A DNA stretch of 64,000 nt. Source: Hydrolagus colliei. Its lineage: Eukaryota. The stretch spans positions 15,996,001 through 16,060,000 of the forward strand of contig CM068749.1 in assembly GCA_035084275.1 (NCBI GenBank), in the 5' to 3' direction. Made by a program: the position numbers and the translations under genes. Below, in pieces: positions 1 to 11,959 of the stretch. How positions within the stretch are numbered: the first letter of the stretch is position 1; every line of letters starts with the position of its first letter. The notes below the pieces were generated by a model. The model made no database searches. It saw only the letters and a program-made list of their open reading frames with translations, and was not told the DNA's origin.

Positions 1-1123
1 AGGGAAGTCCCTTTACAATGCATTGGGAGGTGACCTCTGACAGTACATTCACCTGTTACTGCATTTTATGACTTCAGTTGCGGTGCAACACAGCTGAACA
101 GTATGGAATAAATCACAGCTCCCAGGAACTAGGATTCGTGCGCACTTGAGCGTATTTTCCTATTTGTTGGGTCTCAGCAAGTAAGCACACATCTTTTAGG
201 AAGATTTACAGCAGGTATTTTAATTTAAACTGCTGCATATATTTTGGACCTTCACTACATATTGTCCTATGTTGATACACACACACACACAAATACAACC
301 TGGACAACATTAAGCTATTTGGTAAAGTCTTGGTCATCTTTACACTGCAGACAATAGTTGACATAACTTCACTGCAACGATGAATGTCAACATTGATGTA
401 CGTTCAGCCGCCACGTACTATCCTCTGCTGTTGGCATTAGGTTATTTCTGTTGAGCCGTGTGTCTGTGTCTTGACACATGCAGGAACCTTTGCTTACAAG
501 TATTCCAACCAAACAGAGAGTTCCAGGCGTCCCACCTAAACATGGAAATTCCAGAAATGTTTATTGGAATGGTATGTGCACCCTCTCCTTTTGCATTAGT
601 TTAGCACCCAGAATGGCAGAGCACCACTAACAAAGGTATAATGTAATTGGGGGCATTTAGGCAGTATGCGTGATGTGTTCTTTTCATTCATGTTACTTAA
701 ATAGCAAAATCTTTGTATTGCAGCTCTTTGTTTCCTCTAATTGAGGGAGATTTTCGGATTAAATCAATTACTAGAATAGCCAGTGTTTACACTTGAACTT
801 TGCATTCGGTTGAAATTTGCCCACTGGACAGAGTCTGCAGCAGTGCAGGTTGTGAAGTGCATCCCAGCGCAAGTGATGTGTGAGATAATGAAATTATTTT
901 GATGCTGAGGATGTCAACACTGTTTCTAATGTAGTGAATTGTCTTGTATGATCAATTAAGGAAAATTTATGAGAAGGCTGCAGCAAACCACGTGTGGTTG
1001 TTTGCCATCATGGTGATGATAATGGACAGATTCTTTTTACTTAGACATTTCTGGTTCCTCAGCCTAATCTAACTGACAGTGGTTGCGTGGAACCATGCAA
1101 TGGTTTGGGATGATTCAGCGAAT

Positions 1124-1190
1124 ACAACAAAATACAACAACAAAATTATACTTGTATAGCGCCTCTCATGTCGAGAGGACGTCCCAAGGC
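1124..1190 (-). mobile_element. L2-type 3' tail only (stem-loop + (TTG)n)
   Basis: Reverse complement reads gccttgggacgtcctctcgacatgagaggcgctatacaagtataattttgttgttg, the same tail that ends the longer L2 fragment at 59811-60018. Confidence 0.8.
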
Positions 1191-1545
1191 ATTAGATTAC
1201 CAGCAGGATTTAAAGGGATACAATTTTCCCAATCTGGTTTGGAAAACCATTTTTATTTTTGATTAAGTGTCGGTGTTAAATGATATTAATTGGTTTTGAA
1301 TAGACCGTTGAGTACACTCGTGTGCCATCAGAAGGCCTTTATCTGGCACAAAAATATTATAGTTTCCATTAACAAATGAAACCTTCTGAAAAAATAGTTT
1401 TGTGATTGCAACTACCGAAATAACAGACGACTTTTGCTTTCCTGGTTCTTCAGTTGCAATGACCGTTATTTCAGTTGCAATGATCTAGAAAATAAGGTTT
1501 AAAACAGGCCTAATGTATCTTGTGTCTTTACAACACTTACTCTAG

Positions 1546-1590
1546 CCCAACATCTATTCATTCTGGAGACTGAGATTCAGTGAGATTCAG
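1546..1590 (+). other. Candidate short exon (probably non-coding)
   Basis: Perfect donor CAG|GTAAGT at 1590/1591; weaker acceptor acttactctag ending at 1545. No recognisable coding content. Confidence 0.25.
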
Positions 1591-2016
1591 GTAAGTAAGC
1601 ACCAGGAAATCCAGCTACTTTTCCTTACGAGGTGTCTGCCTCTGCAATATGTCACATAAAAGGCAGATGATGTATTCAATTTCTCCTGTGTTAGCCCAGG
1701 GAAATAAAGTATTAGATACATGAGTATTTGCCAAGAAGTAAGGTTCTCTAAAGGCGTGCTTGAGAAGTGTGGCAATAAGTGTGTCTATGGAAAACTCCTT
1801 CCTCAACAAGTGCCTGTGGTTTAAATCATAAACAGATTTTCATAGTTAGTGCCAATATAAATTCAACATTCTTCAGACCTCACCAATGGAATATTTGGAC
1901 TAAAATAACAATAACGAAAGATAAATTAGAGCTCGTGAAAATTTGTTAAGAGTTCAGTGCTGTTTCATCATTCAAGAAGATTTCATTAAATAAGTTGTAT
2001 TTTTGTGTGGTGACAA

Positions 2017-2300
2017 AATAACAACAAAATTACACTTGTATAGCACCTTTCACATCAGGAGGATATCCCAAGGTGCTGGTCAATCATTGCTTCAGACACA
2101 AGCTGGGGTCGGGGATGGGGAGGGTGGAGGGAAAGGGGGAGATTTGGGGTGACCGATGGGACCGTCGAAGAGGAGGGTCTTGAGGTGGGACTCGAAGGAG
2201 GCAAGGGAGGGGTGAGGCAAACATTGACCAGTTGTTGCCACAATTTGACTCCTTCTCACTCCGTCCCTGACAGCTTTGAGCAGATCGGCGAAGAGCTGAA
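2017..2300 (-). mobile_element. L2 LINE 3' fragment
   Basis: Minus-strand translation contains SLASFESHLKTLLF (L2 ORF2 C-terminus), then a C-rich 3'UTR, the stem-loop tail and (TTG)n. Confidence 0.8.
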
Positions 2301-3395
2301 ATACTTGGGAGAAAACAGCAGAATCAGCACTCCTAACTGTATCTACAAGAGACAAGTTAGCATTATGACATTGGCAATGTCCCTGAATCATGTGTGAACG
2401 GTTTAGAAATGAACACCTTTTCTTAAATATAGTTAAAAAAATAAAGAATATGTAATAGCCAAGAATTCCCTGCAAAGTGTAACATTAATACTGTAGTTAC
2501 ATTATTAACCTGATGATTGCAGTAAATATTACCACATTATCCTGATCATTTCCAGACTTGCCAATTTATCACAGAAATCCTGGAATTTCTGGTAACCTCA
2601 CCACTCTCTGAGGCTGAGACAGATTTAATGTGGCAGACTGTAATTTGTTGCCTGTTTACAATAGAAGAAAGATGTGTACTGAAATGTTCTCTCCTGACCT
2701 GACCAAAGCTGATGTTAAGGTGTGAGGAATGAAATCACGCCAACCAGTCTAGCTCCTTTTAAAATGTTTTTACGCAGAAGCTTCTTCTGCTACATATACG
2801 TGAGTTCATTCCATAAATGTAATTTTAGCGTTGTTGTCCATTGAAGGGGAATTAATGCACTATTCTGCTCCATCGCTAAGTGTACTGACTTTGTCTTTAT
2901 GTGCTTGGAAATAGCAATAACCCCATTTGTATTTTTAAAGAACCACAATGCAAATGTAAATTTAAATTTTAAATTTTAAATAGAACTATGTTTTTTAAAT
3001 AAGCACCGAGGACTCACGAGCCGAACTGAACAGAATTGAATTACGCTTAACAAATATCAACTACAAAGAGCATGTAGAAGAGAATAACCATTAAATGGAG
3101 GGAAGAGAGAGGCTGAGGGAATTAAACTTTCTTATTCGCCCTGAGATTTGATATCTCTGGGTTGAATGCTATAGTTTGGCTTTTTGTTGTAGCCAATGGC
3201 TTTTTGTTTGTAGCCAATTTTGTTGTAGTTTTTCAAGCCTCATGTGGGCTGATTTAAAAAACAAGTTTGGTTTCCTTACCCTCACCCTAGCTCCCCAACC
3301 CCACCCCCTACACACACACACACACACAGGGTATGACCAAATGTTGGTTGGCTTTTAAAAAGTTTCCTATGAGCTAAAATGGACTTCAACATCTA

Positions 3396-3454
3396 AACTC
3401 AAAATTTACATTTATATAGTGCCTTTCACGTGGAGAGGACGTCCCAAGGCGCTG
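3396..3454 (-). mobile_element. L2-type 3' tail only
   Basis: tttatatagtgcctttcacgtggagaggacgtcccaaggcgctg is the reverse complement of the tail stem-loop. Confidence 0.75.
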
Positions 3455-5746
3455 CACAGTTAGGTAGGGACTTGTAATGACAGCTCCAGCACACAAACAC
3501 TCACACACAGGCAGGTCCCAAATGTTATGTGTTATCCATGCAATGGGGATTTCTTTTCACAAATATGGGCCAAATTATGTCACTGGGGCATTATTGGCCA
3601 TTGGCTCCTTCCCACATAAGTTTAAGCACTCCTGCTGGGCTACTGAAGAGCAGCACTAAGGATACATGTGAAAGATGGCCTGAGGTAGGCGTCTTCCAAA
3701 TGGGAGCATTAATTCTAACCCACATACAATCACTGCACTCTATACAAATTCAAAATAGTATCATGTCTAACCCAAAATAGAAATTGTGTTGCCTATCGCT
3801 TCAGGTTTGATGCTGACGTGAAACTGCCCCATAGGTTGCAAACTCAACCCTACCTCTGAGAACAATTCCTGCAGCGCAACTTGAATTATTTCTTTTTAAC
3901 AAAGCATTATTGAAAGAATCGGAGGGAATAGAACATGTTTGAAAGTAGAGTAGCTGCAGCCACTATACAGAGTGTGAGTTTGCCTGCAACAAACCATGCA
4001 GTGCCCCAACTCGGATCAAAGGACTTGCCGAGTTAGTATCCAATACTACGTGTGGTGAGGAAGCAACAACAAAGGAATGTATTCTAATTTAAGAAAAATA
4101 TGCCAAGTTTAAGATAGGATTAAGGAGATGAATTTTCAATTAGTGTAACAGCATGCTGTGGCATGCAATGGGTGGTGGGTAGGTGCTTCTTATAATATTT
4201 TGTTCACAAGGAGAGAATGATGCTTGGTAGGTATGATCCCTGGGTCTGGGATGCATTGACGACTTGGGAATGGCTCAACATGTTTTGCGGTTGGGGTGAC
4301 ATAGGACTCAAAACACTTGAAATGAAGGGAATGATAGGGTGCAAGCAGGTCCAAGAAAGTTTAAATCATCCTGGGCCCAACTGGTTTGGGTGCATACTTA
4401 TTCTTCAGCATGCATACAGTGTTGTTGAGACCAACACAATCTTTGCAGTGACTGTTCTATTAAAATGTCAGAAGTATTGTTTAATTGTTGTAATATTGGC
4501 CTGGCACTACAAAAAGAATGCATTATTTTAATTGCACAACAAAAAAATGGTTTAGTTCCATTTGTCCTTTTTTTTATCCCCTCTACTTTCTCTCGCTTGC
4601 TCTTATTGTGAGTAAGTCTGTTTGTTCACATGTCACTGTTGTACGGCAACTGCCGATGTAATTCAGCTGTTGTAAATGAAAATTGTGAATGTGTTCTGAT
4701 GGAGTTAACTTCGACGATTTCAGTAATGCAGAACCATGTTGAACTATCGGTCCTTACTGGTTATGCTCTTATTTGTATAATGACACACTAGAGATATCGA
4801 CAAGGCAAAACCCTTCCTCCGATTTTCTCCTCTCTTTTCCCGGAGAAGATGGCTCATTATGTGTTGCTGTTGCAGGGGTGTGGGGTAGTTTTCAACCATT
4901 GCAAAATGACCATACTTTACGTGGGAGCTCAGTCAGTGAGAATTCAGAATTAATTTCCTTCCGACATCTGTTTTCGTGTACTCATCTGCTATCTTTGCTC
5001 ACATCTTCTTGCATGTAGTTTTGCAATTCACCTCTGCTCAGTCACTTTGGCCTTTCAAAACTATCAGCAGAATTAATTTTCACTCGGCTATCTGGCTGAG
5101 CAGAACGGCTTGACAGCATGTTGAAAATGTGTGTTGCTGCATCAATCTGGAAACATAAGTTATGTGACCTACGCTCGAAATGCTTTTTCAAGCTTTTTTT
5201 TTCCAGGGTATGGGGAACGCCAAAGATGGTGTCATGCCATGCGAGCATTTGTCCGTTGTCATTGCTAAAGATGTTTATGAGCCATGTACTGTCCACATTC
5301 TTTGAAGTTCGATGAATTCTTTCCCAGGCCATGTTTTAAAGGAAAACAAATTTCGAAACCTACATTCGAGGCTAATGGAAAAAAACAACAGTCATTTTCT
5401 AATGTTATTTGAATTTGGAACATCGCCACACTTTTAATTTCCCCCAATGCCCATATCAGACACCACATTACTGTTATTAAAGAATTCTGGTGCAATCGAT
5501 ACAAAATATGCAACCCTTTTTCCGGGAATTATTATTGTGTTTCAAAAGTTAATTCCGTATTTCATGAAGTAAGACTTTAAACCGAGCTTGGGAGATTTTA
5601 TTTTCAACATAATTATCATTGTAAAGTCTGATGTACTGATAGAGATTTGAGGATTCAGCTATCTCTCTGATCTTTATAATGCAGTACTTCCTTTTTATTA
5701 TTTTATAAATAAGTTTTCCACATCCGTTCCCTGACCAGGACCGTTC

Positions 5747-6681
5747 TTTTCCACATCCGTCACATTATCCGCCTCCTTCTGTACCTCACAACCAATGCAG
5801 CAGAAATCATCTTCCCCACTTTTGTTACTTCCCAGCTGAACTATTTAGCTGTACTATTCAGAAGTCCTATAGCTCAGTGCTTAGACCACTCAACTTGCAA
5901 GTGAGTGACCTGGGTTCGAATCCAGGCAGGACAAAACCTTGGTCAAGTTTCCTTACTCCACAAGCTTAATAATAATCTGTCAAAAAAACAATAATAATTT
6001 GGTCACTCAATCCAAGACTGTTTGTGGACACTGCTGTGCGCAATTGGCTGCCACATTTGTTCCACAAATATACAGTCAATTCACTGTACAGTGTATTCTT
6101 TGAAGTGCTTTGAGACTTCTGGAAGACATGAAAAGTGCTATATCAAATGCAAGGATTATTATTACTATTGCTATTACAATGCCCTCCTTGCTGGTCTCCT
6201 CAGTACCAAACTACGCAAAATTTAATTAATTAAAAACTCCACCATATAAAACTCTGTACCCCCGTCACACCAGTCCTTGTCAGGCTCCATTGTTCTCCCG
6301 GTTACCAAACAGATCGATTTCAAGATCCTCTCACTCGTTTTCAAATCCCTTCATGCCCTTGCACCTTCCTACCTACCCAATCTGACTCCAGCATCTACTG
6401 GCGTACCTTCGGCTGGCTCTGCCCTCCTCTTTGTCCCTCGTCCCCTCTGCTACACTATCAGTGGCCGTGCCTTCAGCCACTGTGCACCAAAACTCTGGAA
6501 CTCTCTCCCTCAATCCCTCCACCTTGCTGTCTCCCTCCACTCTTTCAAATCCCATTTAAAGACCTTCCTTTTTTGATTGTGGGTATGTTCACCTCTCGCT
6601 TCCCTCTCTCTCTGTCAGACTCTGCAACTGTCGACGTTGCCCCACATGAAGGGTACTATATAAATGCAAGTTGTTGTTGTT
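5747..6681 (+). mobile_element. Degraded L2 LINE ORF2 C-terminal region and 3' tail, interrupted by a SINE
   Basis: 5747-5845 encodes a degenerate FHIRHIIRLLLYLTTNAAEIIFPTFVTSQLNY. After the SINE it resumes as YYNALLAGL...LPVTKQIDFKILSLVFKSLHALAPSYL...RAFSHCAPKLWNSLP...FKSHLKTFLF and ends in tatataaatgcaagttgttgttgtt. Confidence 0.9.
5861..6170 (+). mobile_element. tRNA-derived SINE with Deu-type tail (family A)
   Basis: A-box-like tagctcagtgcttaga and B box ggttcgaatcc; body ...tgctgtgcgcaattggctgcc...; tail aatgcaaggattattatt. Matches copies at 33150, 41420, 45016 and 59291. Confidence 0.9.
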
Positions 6682-7240
6682 AGGATGAAAACTTGAGTAA
6701 CACAAGAATATTGTGTTCCTATGCCAATTTTTGATGGTTAAACTGAATTGTTATAAAAAAGTCTGTAAAGGAAACATTTTACCAACCCTTTGTCTGAAGT
6801 TTAATGGAGGTCTGTTCTTTAATTTATGTTCAGCTAAGATGTTTTAAACTAAAGAGATAAGTTTAAAGCTTGCTTCTTCTCTCTCTCTCTATTTTTCTCC
6901 CTCCCCTAACTCTGTTCCCCCACAATGAACACACATTTTTTCCCCTAAAAGCTGCCTTGGCACAGTTTTGTAGTTGCCAAAACGACTTAGGTGCCTCTCC
7001 CACATGTTCATTCTTCTGTGTGAGTGAGACAGTTAATGGGGCAGAATTTCAATTGAGTCTATACTGTCTTCACTCAACTTCTGTAATTTCCAGTAGTAAT
7101 CACTGGTTATTGACCAGGAGCAGAAGCTCTAATGCTTATTTCTCCCTTGTCCAGGGCTCTGGGGCAATAAATCCAATTTTGGGACCCCAAATAAGATTTA
7201 CCAACTCAGCACACAGTGAAATTTAGACCCTCTTCAATAA

Positions 7241-7370
7241 GCAATTGGCCACAGTGTTTCGCCCACAAAATATAGAGTCAATTCACTTTACATTATAGTG
7301 TATTCTGTGAAGCGCTTGGAGATATCTCAAAGATGTGATAAGGCACTATCAAATGCAAGGATTATTATTA
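7241..7370 (+). mobile_element. Family A SINE, 3' half
   Basis: gtcaattcactttaca...gtgaagcgcttggagatatctc...caaatgcaaggattattatt. Confidence 0.85.
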
Positions 7371-10300
7371 ATACTTACTGTGCTGACCTCTGCTTTACTG
7401 TTACCTTAAAATAGGCTTCATTCTTCACATGTGTGTTGTATTATATGTTTTTTTTTAATCTTCATCCTGTGTTACTTTTAACCCAAACCTATTGAGAGAA
7501 CAATAGATTAAATGTGTCTGGCTGTTGCAGTTTGCTGCTGTAGCCAGGCGAAACAGTGAAAGATTCTCAGTTAGCTTTCTTTTAATTATACACCAGGATA
7601 CCTTAGAGCTGTGTGGTCTGGAAAAGGTCACTTGCCTGTGAAAATATGCTTGATCTTGAATGTATGTAACCAGATTGTTTTAAGGGATTCAGTTTGTGTG
7701 TTATGAGGCCTGACCTTTTATGTCATGAATTTTCAAATGAGTTTGGGGAAGGATTGTCACTGCTGGTATGTACACTCCGAATATCCGTGCAGAATGGAAA
7801 AAGCAGTGTAATCATGTCAATAATTCCATGAGGGATTGGCAGATGCGAATGACACCTTTTGCAGATACCTTGCACAACAGAGCCAAACTGCTGGCGTCAG
7901 ATAGCATATGTATTTTACTAATGGGATTTCATCTTTTCAGTAGAAAATGAGGTTGGTTTGAATTTTTTTTTAACTTATGACTGACAGTGTTATACAGTTC
8001 TTTGGCATGGCAAATGTGTTGAAACTTGATGCTGAATGTTACAATTCAATTTAATTCAAACTGTAGAGGTGTAGAGTTATTTGGTCAATCTTGCATATAA
8101 AGGATTACGATGGAATATATACTTGCTGTTCGGGTGTTGAGATACATATCCACCCAAATAGGCTGCTTCAAGTTTTAACTCTGGTTCAGCAGAGTTCCGA
8201 TGACGGAACATTTCTCTTCCATTCTCCAGTTTTCTGAAAGTGTTGATGCATTATTTGGATATGTCCCGATAGTTTTAAAGTTCAAATTCATCCAGAATTT
8301 TGTGGAAACTTCCTCAATTTTGAAGCTAGTTTTCTTTTTTAAGAATTGAAGAAAACTTTCTTCAAAACATTTATTTTTATTTGAGCAAATTTGAGAAAAT
8401 AATAATGATGAATAACAATATTATTAATAATAATAAACGGCTATTTGCAGTACTGGCTGCAATATGTTTTAACTCATGTGACAGACTGAGGGAGAGGACG
8501 ATTCAGTCTTGTGTCCTTGTTTCTGTCCGAGTGCTTGTTAGAACAACATTTGTTGCTACCACACTGCCCAAATGGAGGAGGAGTCATTCTTATTTCCAAA
8601 TTTCTTATTTTCTTGGTTATTACTTAAAATCCTGTGTTTTTTTAACTTGATATCTGAGGACCGATGTCATCCTTTGTGATGAAAAGGCTTGTCTGCTCTC
8701 TGAGCTTTATACAGTACTGCTGCTAGATCAATATTTTAGAAGACTTGTGCGAAAACGTCTGGTGTAAACCCCAGTGATCGTGTTCTGCTGCCTCATCAAT
8801 TCTTGGCTGGAGATCACATTTTGAACAGGTATCCTATGAATGTAAATGGGACTGCTTACCTCAGACAACTGCGGAATCTGCAGAAGCCCAATCGGGTTCT
8901 ATGGAATCACAAGGGATCAATAGGAGCACGCTTTCACACATGAAAACATAATTATGGGATGATCTGAATGTGACATTGCGTCAGAATTATTAAATGAACA
9001 CATCCTAATATAAAACAGCAATGTTGGATGTGCATGGCAGCGGCATTGGTTCAGGAGGTTGGGTTTGCACAGAGCTGAAGAGAAACTGCATCCATTGCGA
9101 TGTGCCTTAGATCTGGTGAGTAACTACAGCTAGTGCGCAATGAAGTGGACCAGTGGGGACTCTGAGAAAAGAGTTGAGTTGAAAGCATTATAAATAAATG
9201 TAGCAAGATAATTCTGATCTCTTCCTGACTTCACTTTTGGTTTTGTTCTGTATTTTGTTGCTTATTTTGTGCAAGAAGGAAAATTAGAGATCTCAGTCCT
9301 GGGAATGGAACAGTTCCCCTTTCCAATTATTTGAAAGCGTTTATATGCAAACTGTGTGTTGATGGCTCCATCTAGTACTTTAATCTGTTTCCAGTTTATT
9401 CCCCATTTTGTGGTAGATGCCCCTACGCTATAGTTTGAGTTTGTTTAATAATCCCCTGACAATGGTTTGACACCTGGGCAAACCTCTCTATTTCTAAATT
9501 TTGTTTTCATTTATGCTTTGTGCCTGTGTTATTTCAGCATCTTCTGTATAATTCCCTTTGAATGATCTGCTCTGGTGTATTAGTTCAGTGCTGTTCTGTT
9601 AGCAGCTTCCACTTTGGTATATTTCTCATAAAACTGTCACAAGTATATTGGAGATTTAATTTCGCTTGGAGTATTCTGAATGCTGCGGTGAATGTTGTGA
9701 AACCGATGTGCAATCTTAGGACAACGAAAACAAGGGCGTGTTTGGATCACATCTCCACTGAATACCCTCGGCTGGATTGATAATATAGAAACCCGTTTTG
9801 TACCACTTATGTCCCTGTCATGAGTGCATTATTTGTAGCAACTTAATAGAGCTGCAGGTTCTTATGCGTAATTACTTATATCTCCCCCTGCAGGATAAAT
9901 TAACACTTGGGACCTGAATAATGCTTGGTAAGACAATTTCACTGGAATTTACTTAATCAGTCTCATCATTTCCCCAGGTAGCTGTCTTTACCTGGTACAG
10001 AATGTGTGATAATCAGCAATAAGTCATTCTTAACTGTTGAGGGTTAATTAGGCAGCCCTTGTTGTTGGAAGTATGTGGAAAAAGCCTGACCTTCATTCTA
10101 AGGCTATGCAAAATATAATGGCATGCTTCACTGATATTACCCCCTACTGGGAATGGTTCGTTTTTTGGAGACAAAGCAGTTGCATGTTCTACCTTGGAAA
10201 ATATGTTATTATTAGCATACAGCAGAGGAATCACAATTTTCTAATAGTCTGGCTTTTGTCTATTCACATCACATCTACTCACTGCAATAAAAGAAGCAGA

Positions 10301-10691
10301 CTATTCAACTATGGAGGGCATCCGTGTCGACACACGTACAAAGCACACCCATGTGTACAGATGCACACAAAACACACATGCATGTACATCAGATAAACAC
10401 GATATGTACAATCACAAGCTACACACACTTAAGTTTTCTATCTGGATTCTCGTACGGGCGAATGGAAGTGGGTAGGTAATGCTCACTACCTTTGGAGAAA
10501 GTCGTAAACCATGGTGTGTCAAACAAATCTGTTGCCCCGAAATCTGTCCTGCAAGGTAAGGTTAGATTCCCTAACGCTGTGTCATGCTAGGAAACATGAA
10601 AAGGTTCAAAAGTACCCTCGGTGATACTTGCTATAGATGCAGGGGTCGAGGCCTTCTGCATCTACCTTCTGTTGACAAAGGGGTATTAAAT

Positions 10692-10800
10692 ACAACAACT
10701 TGTGTTTATATTGTACTTCCCTTGGGGTAACGTCTCAGAGCGCTTCACAACGCTGAGCAAGTGAGAAGGGGAAGAGGGTTGAGGGGAACGTGAGCGAGGA
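10692..10800 (-). mobile_element. Degraded L2-type 3' end
   Basis: acaacaacttgtgtttatat...aacgtctcagagcgcttcac followed by a purine-rich tract (complement of a pyrimidine-rich 3'UTR). Confidence 0.55.
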
Positions 10801-10810
10801 TACAATTCTA

Positions 10811-11010
10811 AGACAAAAACAGAAATCGCTGGGAACAACCAGCAGGTCAGGCAGCATTCATAGAGAAAGGAAACGTTCTGACGAAGAGTCACGGACCCGA
10901 AACGTTGACTCACTTTTCCTTTCTCCATAGATGCTGCCTGACCTGCTGGTTATTTCTTGTCATTTCTGTGTTTGTTTCAGATTTCCAGCATCTGCAGTAG
11001 TTTGCATTTC
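10811..11010 (+). mobile_element. Penelope-like terminal repeat with an inverted partial copy
   Basis: 10811-10873 (…aaccagcaggtcaggcagcattcatagagaaaggaaa) is the inverted complement of 10914-10978 (ttttcctttctccatagatgctgcctgacctgctggtt…). It ends in cagatttccagcatctgcag. Same family as 52113-52210. Confidence 0.75.
10875..10909 (+). ncRNA. Minimal type I hammerhead ribozyme-like motif
   Basis: CUGACGA (10878-10884) + A, stem II GAGUC-acg-GACCC (one mismatch), GAAA (10899-10902), palindromic ACGU helix III with U at the cleavage position, helix I GUU/GAC. Confidence 0.6.
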
Positions 11011-11893
11011 TATACAGTGCTAAGAGTTCATTTTTAGGCAAGATTAAAAACAGATAGTGGAGACAAGACACCTGAAGATTTAGCCTTTAATTGTGACTCA
11101 TAGAGTGTTTAGAGGCACTCAAACAAAGCAAATAAAGCTTTAATACAAACAATATTTGCAGAAAATCTAATAGCCATAGATGTACATAGCATGTGTGGTC
11201 TTTAAATGTGGGGGACAATTACATTTTAATGTGTGATTTAGGGTTGATACAAATCCATACCCGTGACGTTCCCTACAAATCCCCCCACAGCAGTGAAGAT
11301 ATCAATTTTTTTTCGCTTGTCTGAATTTATCTAAAATCTGCAAGTGGAAATTTGCATTAAAATGGACGAGAGTGACATTGAAACGATTGGGTGAAAATCG
11401 AGATTTAAACATTTACATATAAAATATATTTGACATCTCCGTGACTGGCTTTTGAGTGGATTTTGACTGTATATTTTTGTTCACTGAATAGCCATGTATA
11501 TTTTCTCTGGTGTGCGCACGGGGTCAATAAATGGGAGCAAAATCATGCACAGAGGGTTCTGGTATGAACCTGTGTTTAATATATGGTTCAGGTTGTACAC
11601 AGCAAGTGCTATTTATGGGCCTATTTTACATAATTGAAATGGTAGTGCTTGCCTCCACATCAGCAGGTCTGCACGGGCACAAATGTAAGGAATCCCCCAG
11701 ACAGGTAACTGCTGTACCACTTTCTGAGTTGAAAGTTTGCAGATGAATGTAATATGCTGGAACGTTGCCGTCAGTGGGCTGTGCTCTATTCAAAATGCCT
11801 GATTTTTCAACCGAGGTAGAACAAGCGCACATTGATTTGAATTGGTGACGTATCTCATTGGTCGTCATTGCAGATACAGCAGGTCAGGGCGGT

Positions 11894-11959
11894 ACGACGA
11901 CAACAACAACAAAATCCCATTTGTAGAGCGCCTTTCATGTCGGGAGGACGTCCCAAGGC
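11894..11959 (-). mobile_element. L2-type 3' tail only
   Basis: caacaacaacaaaatcccatttgtagagcgcctttcatgtcgggaggacgtcccaaggc. Confidence 0.8.

Noticed and set aside
5861-5935. tRNA-like sequences with A and B boxes (also ~33440-33516, ~41650-41727, ~45016-45075, ~59485-59559)
   Set aside because: These are SINE heads continuous with SINE bodies, and no intact cloverleaf is evident.
6277-6576. 99-aa ORF that looks like real protein
   Set aside because: It is the C-terminal remnant of L2 ORF2, with upstream stops and frameshifts, not a host gene.
8177-8208. Two overlapping small hairpins (aactctg/cagagtt and gttccg/cggaac)
   Set aside because: Stems of 6-7 bp are expected by chance in 64 kb, and there is no known RNA motif.
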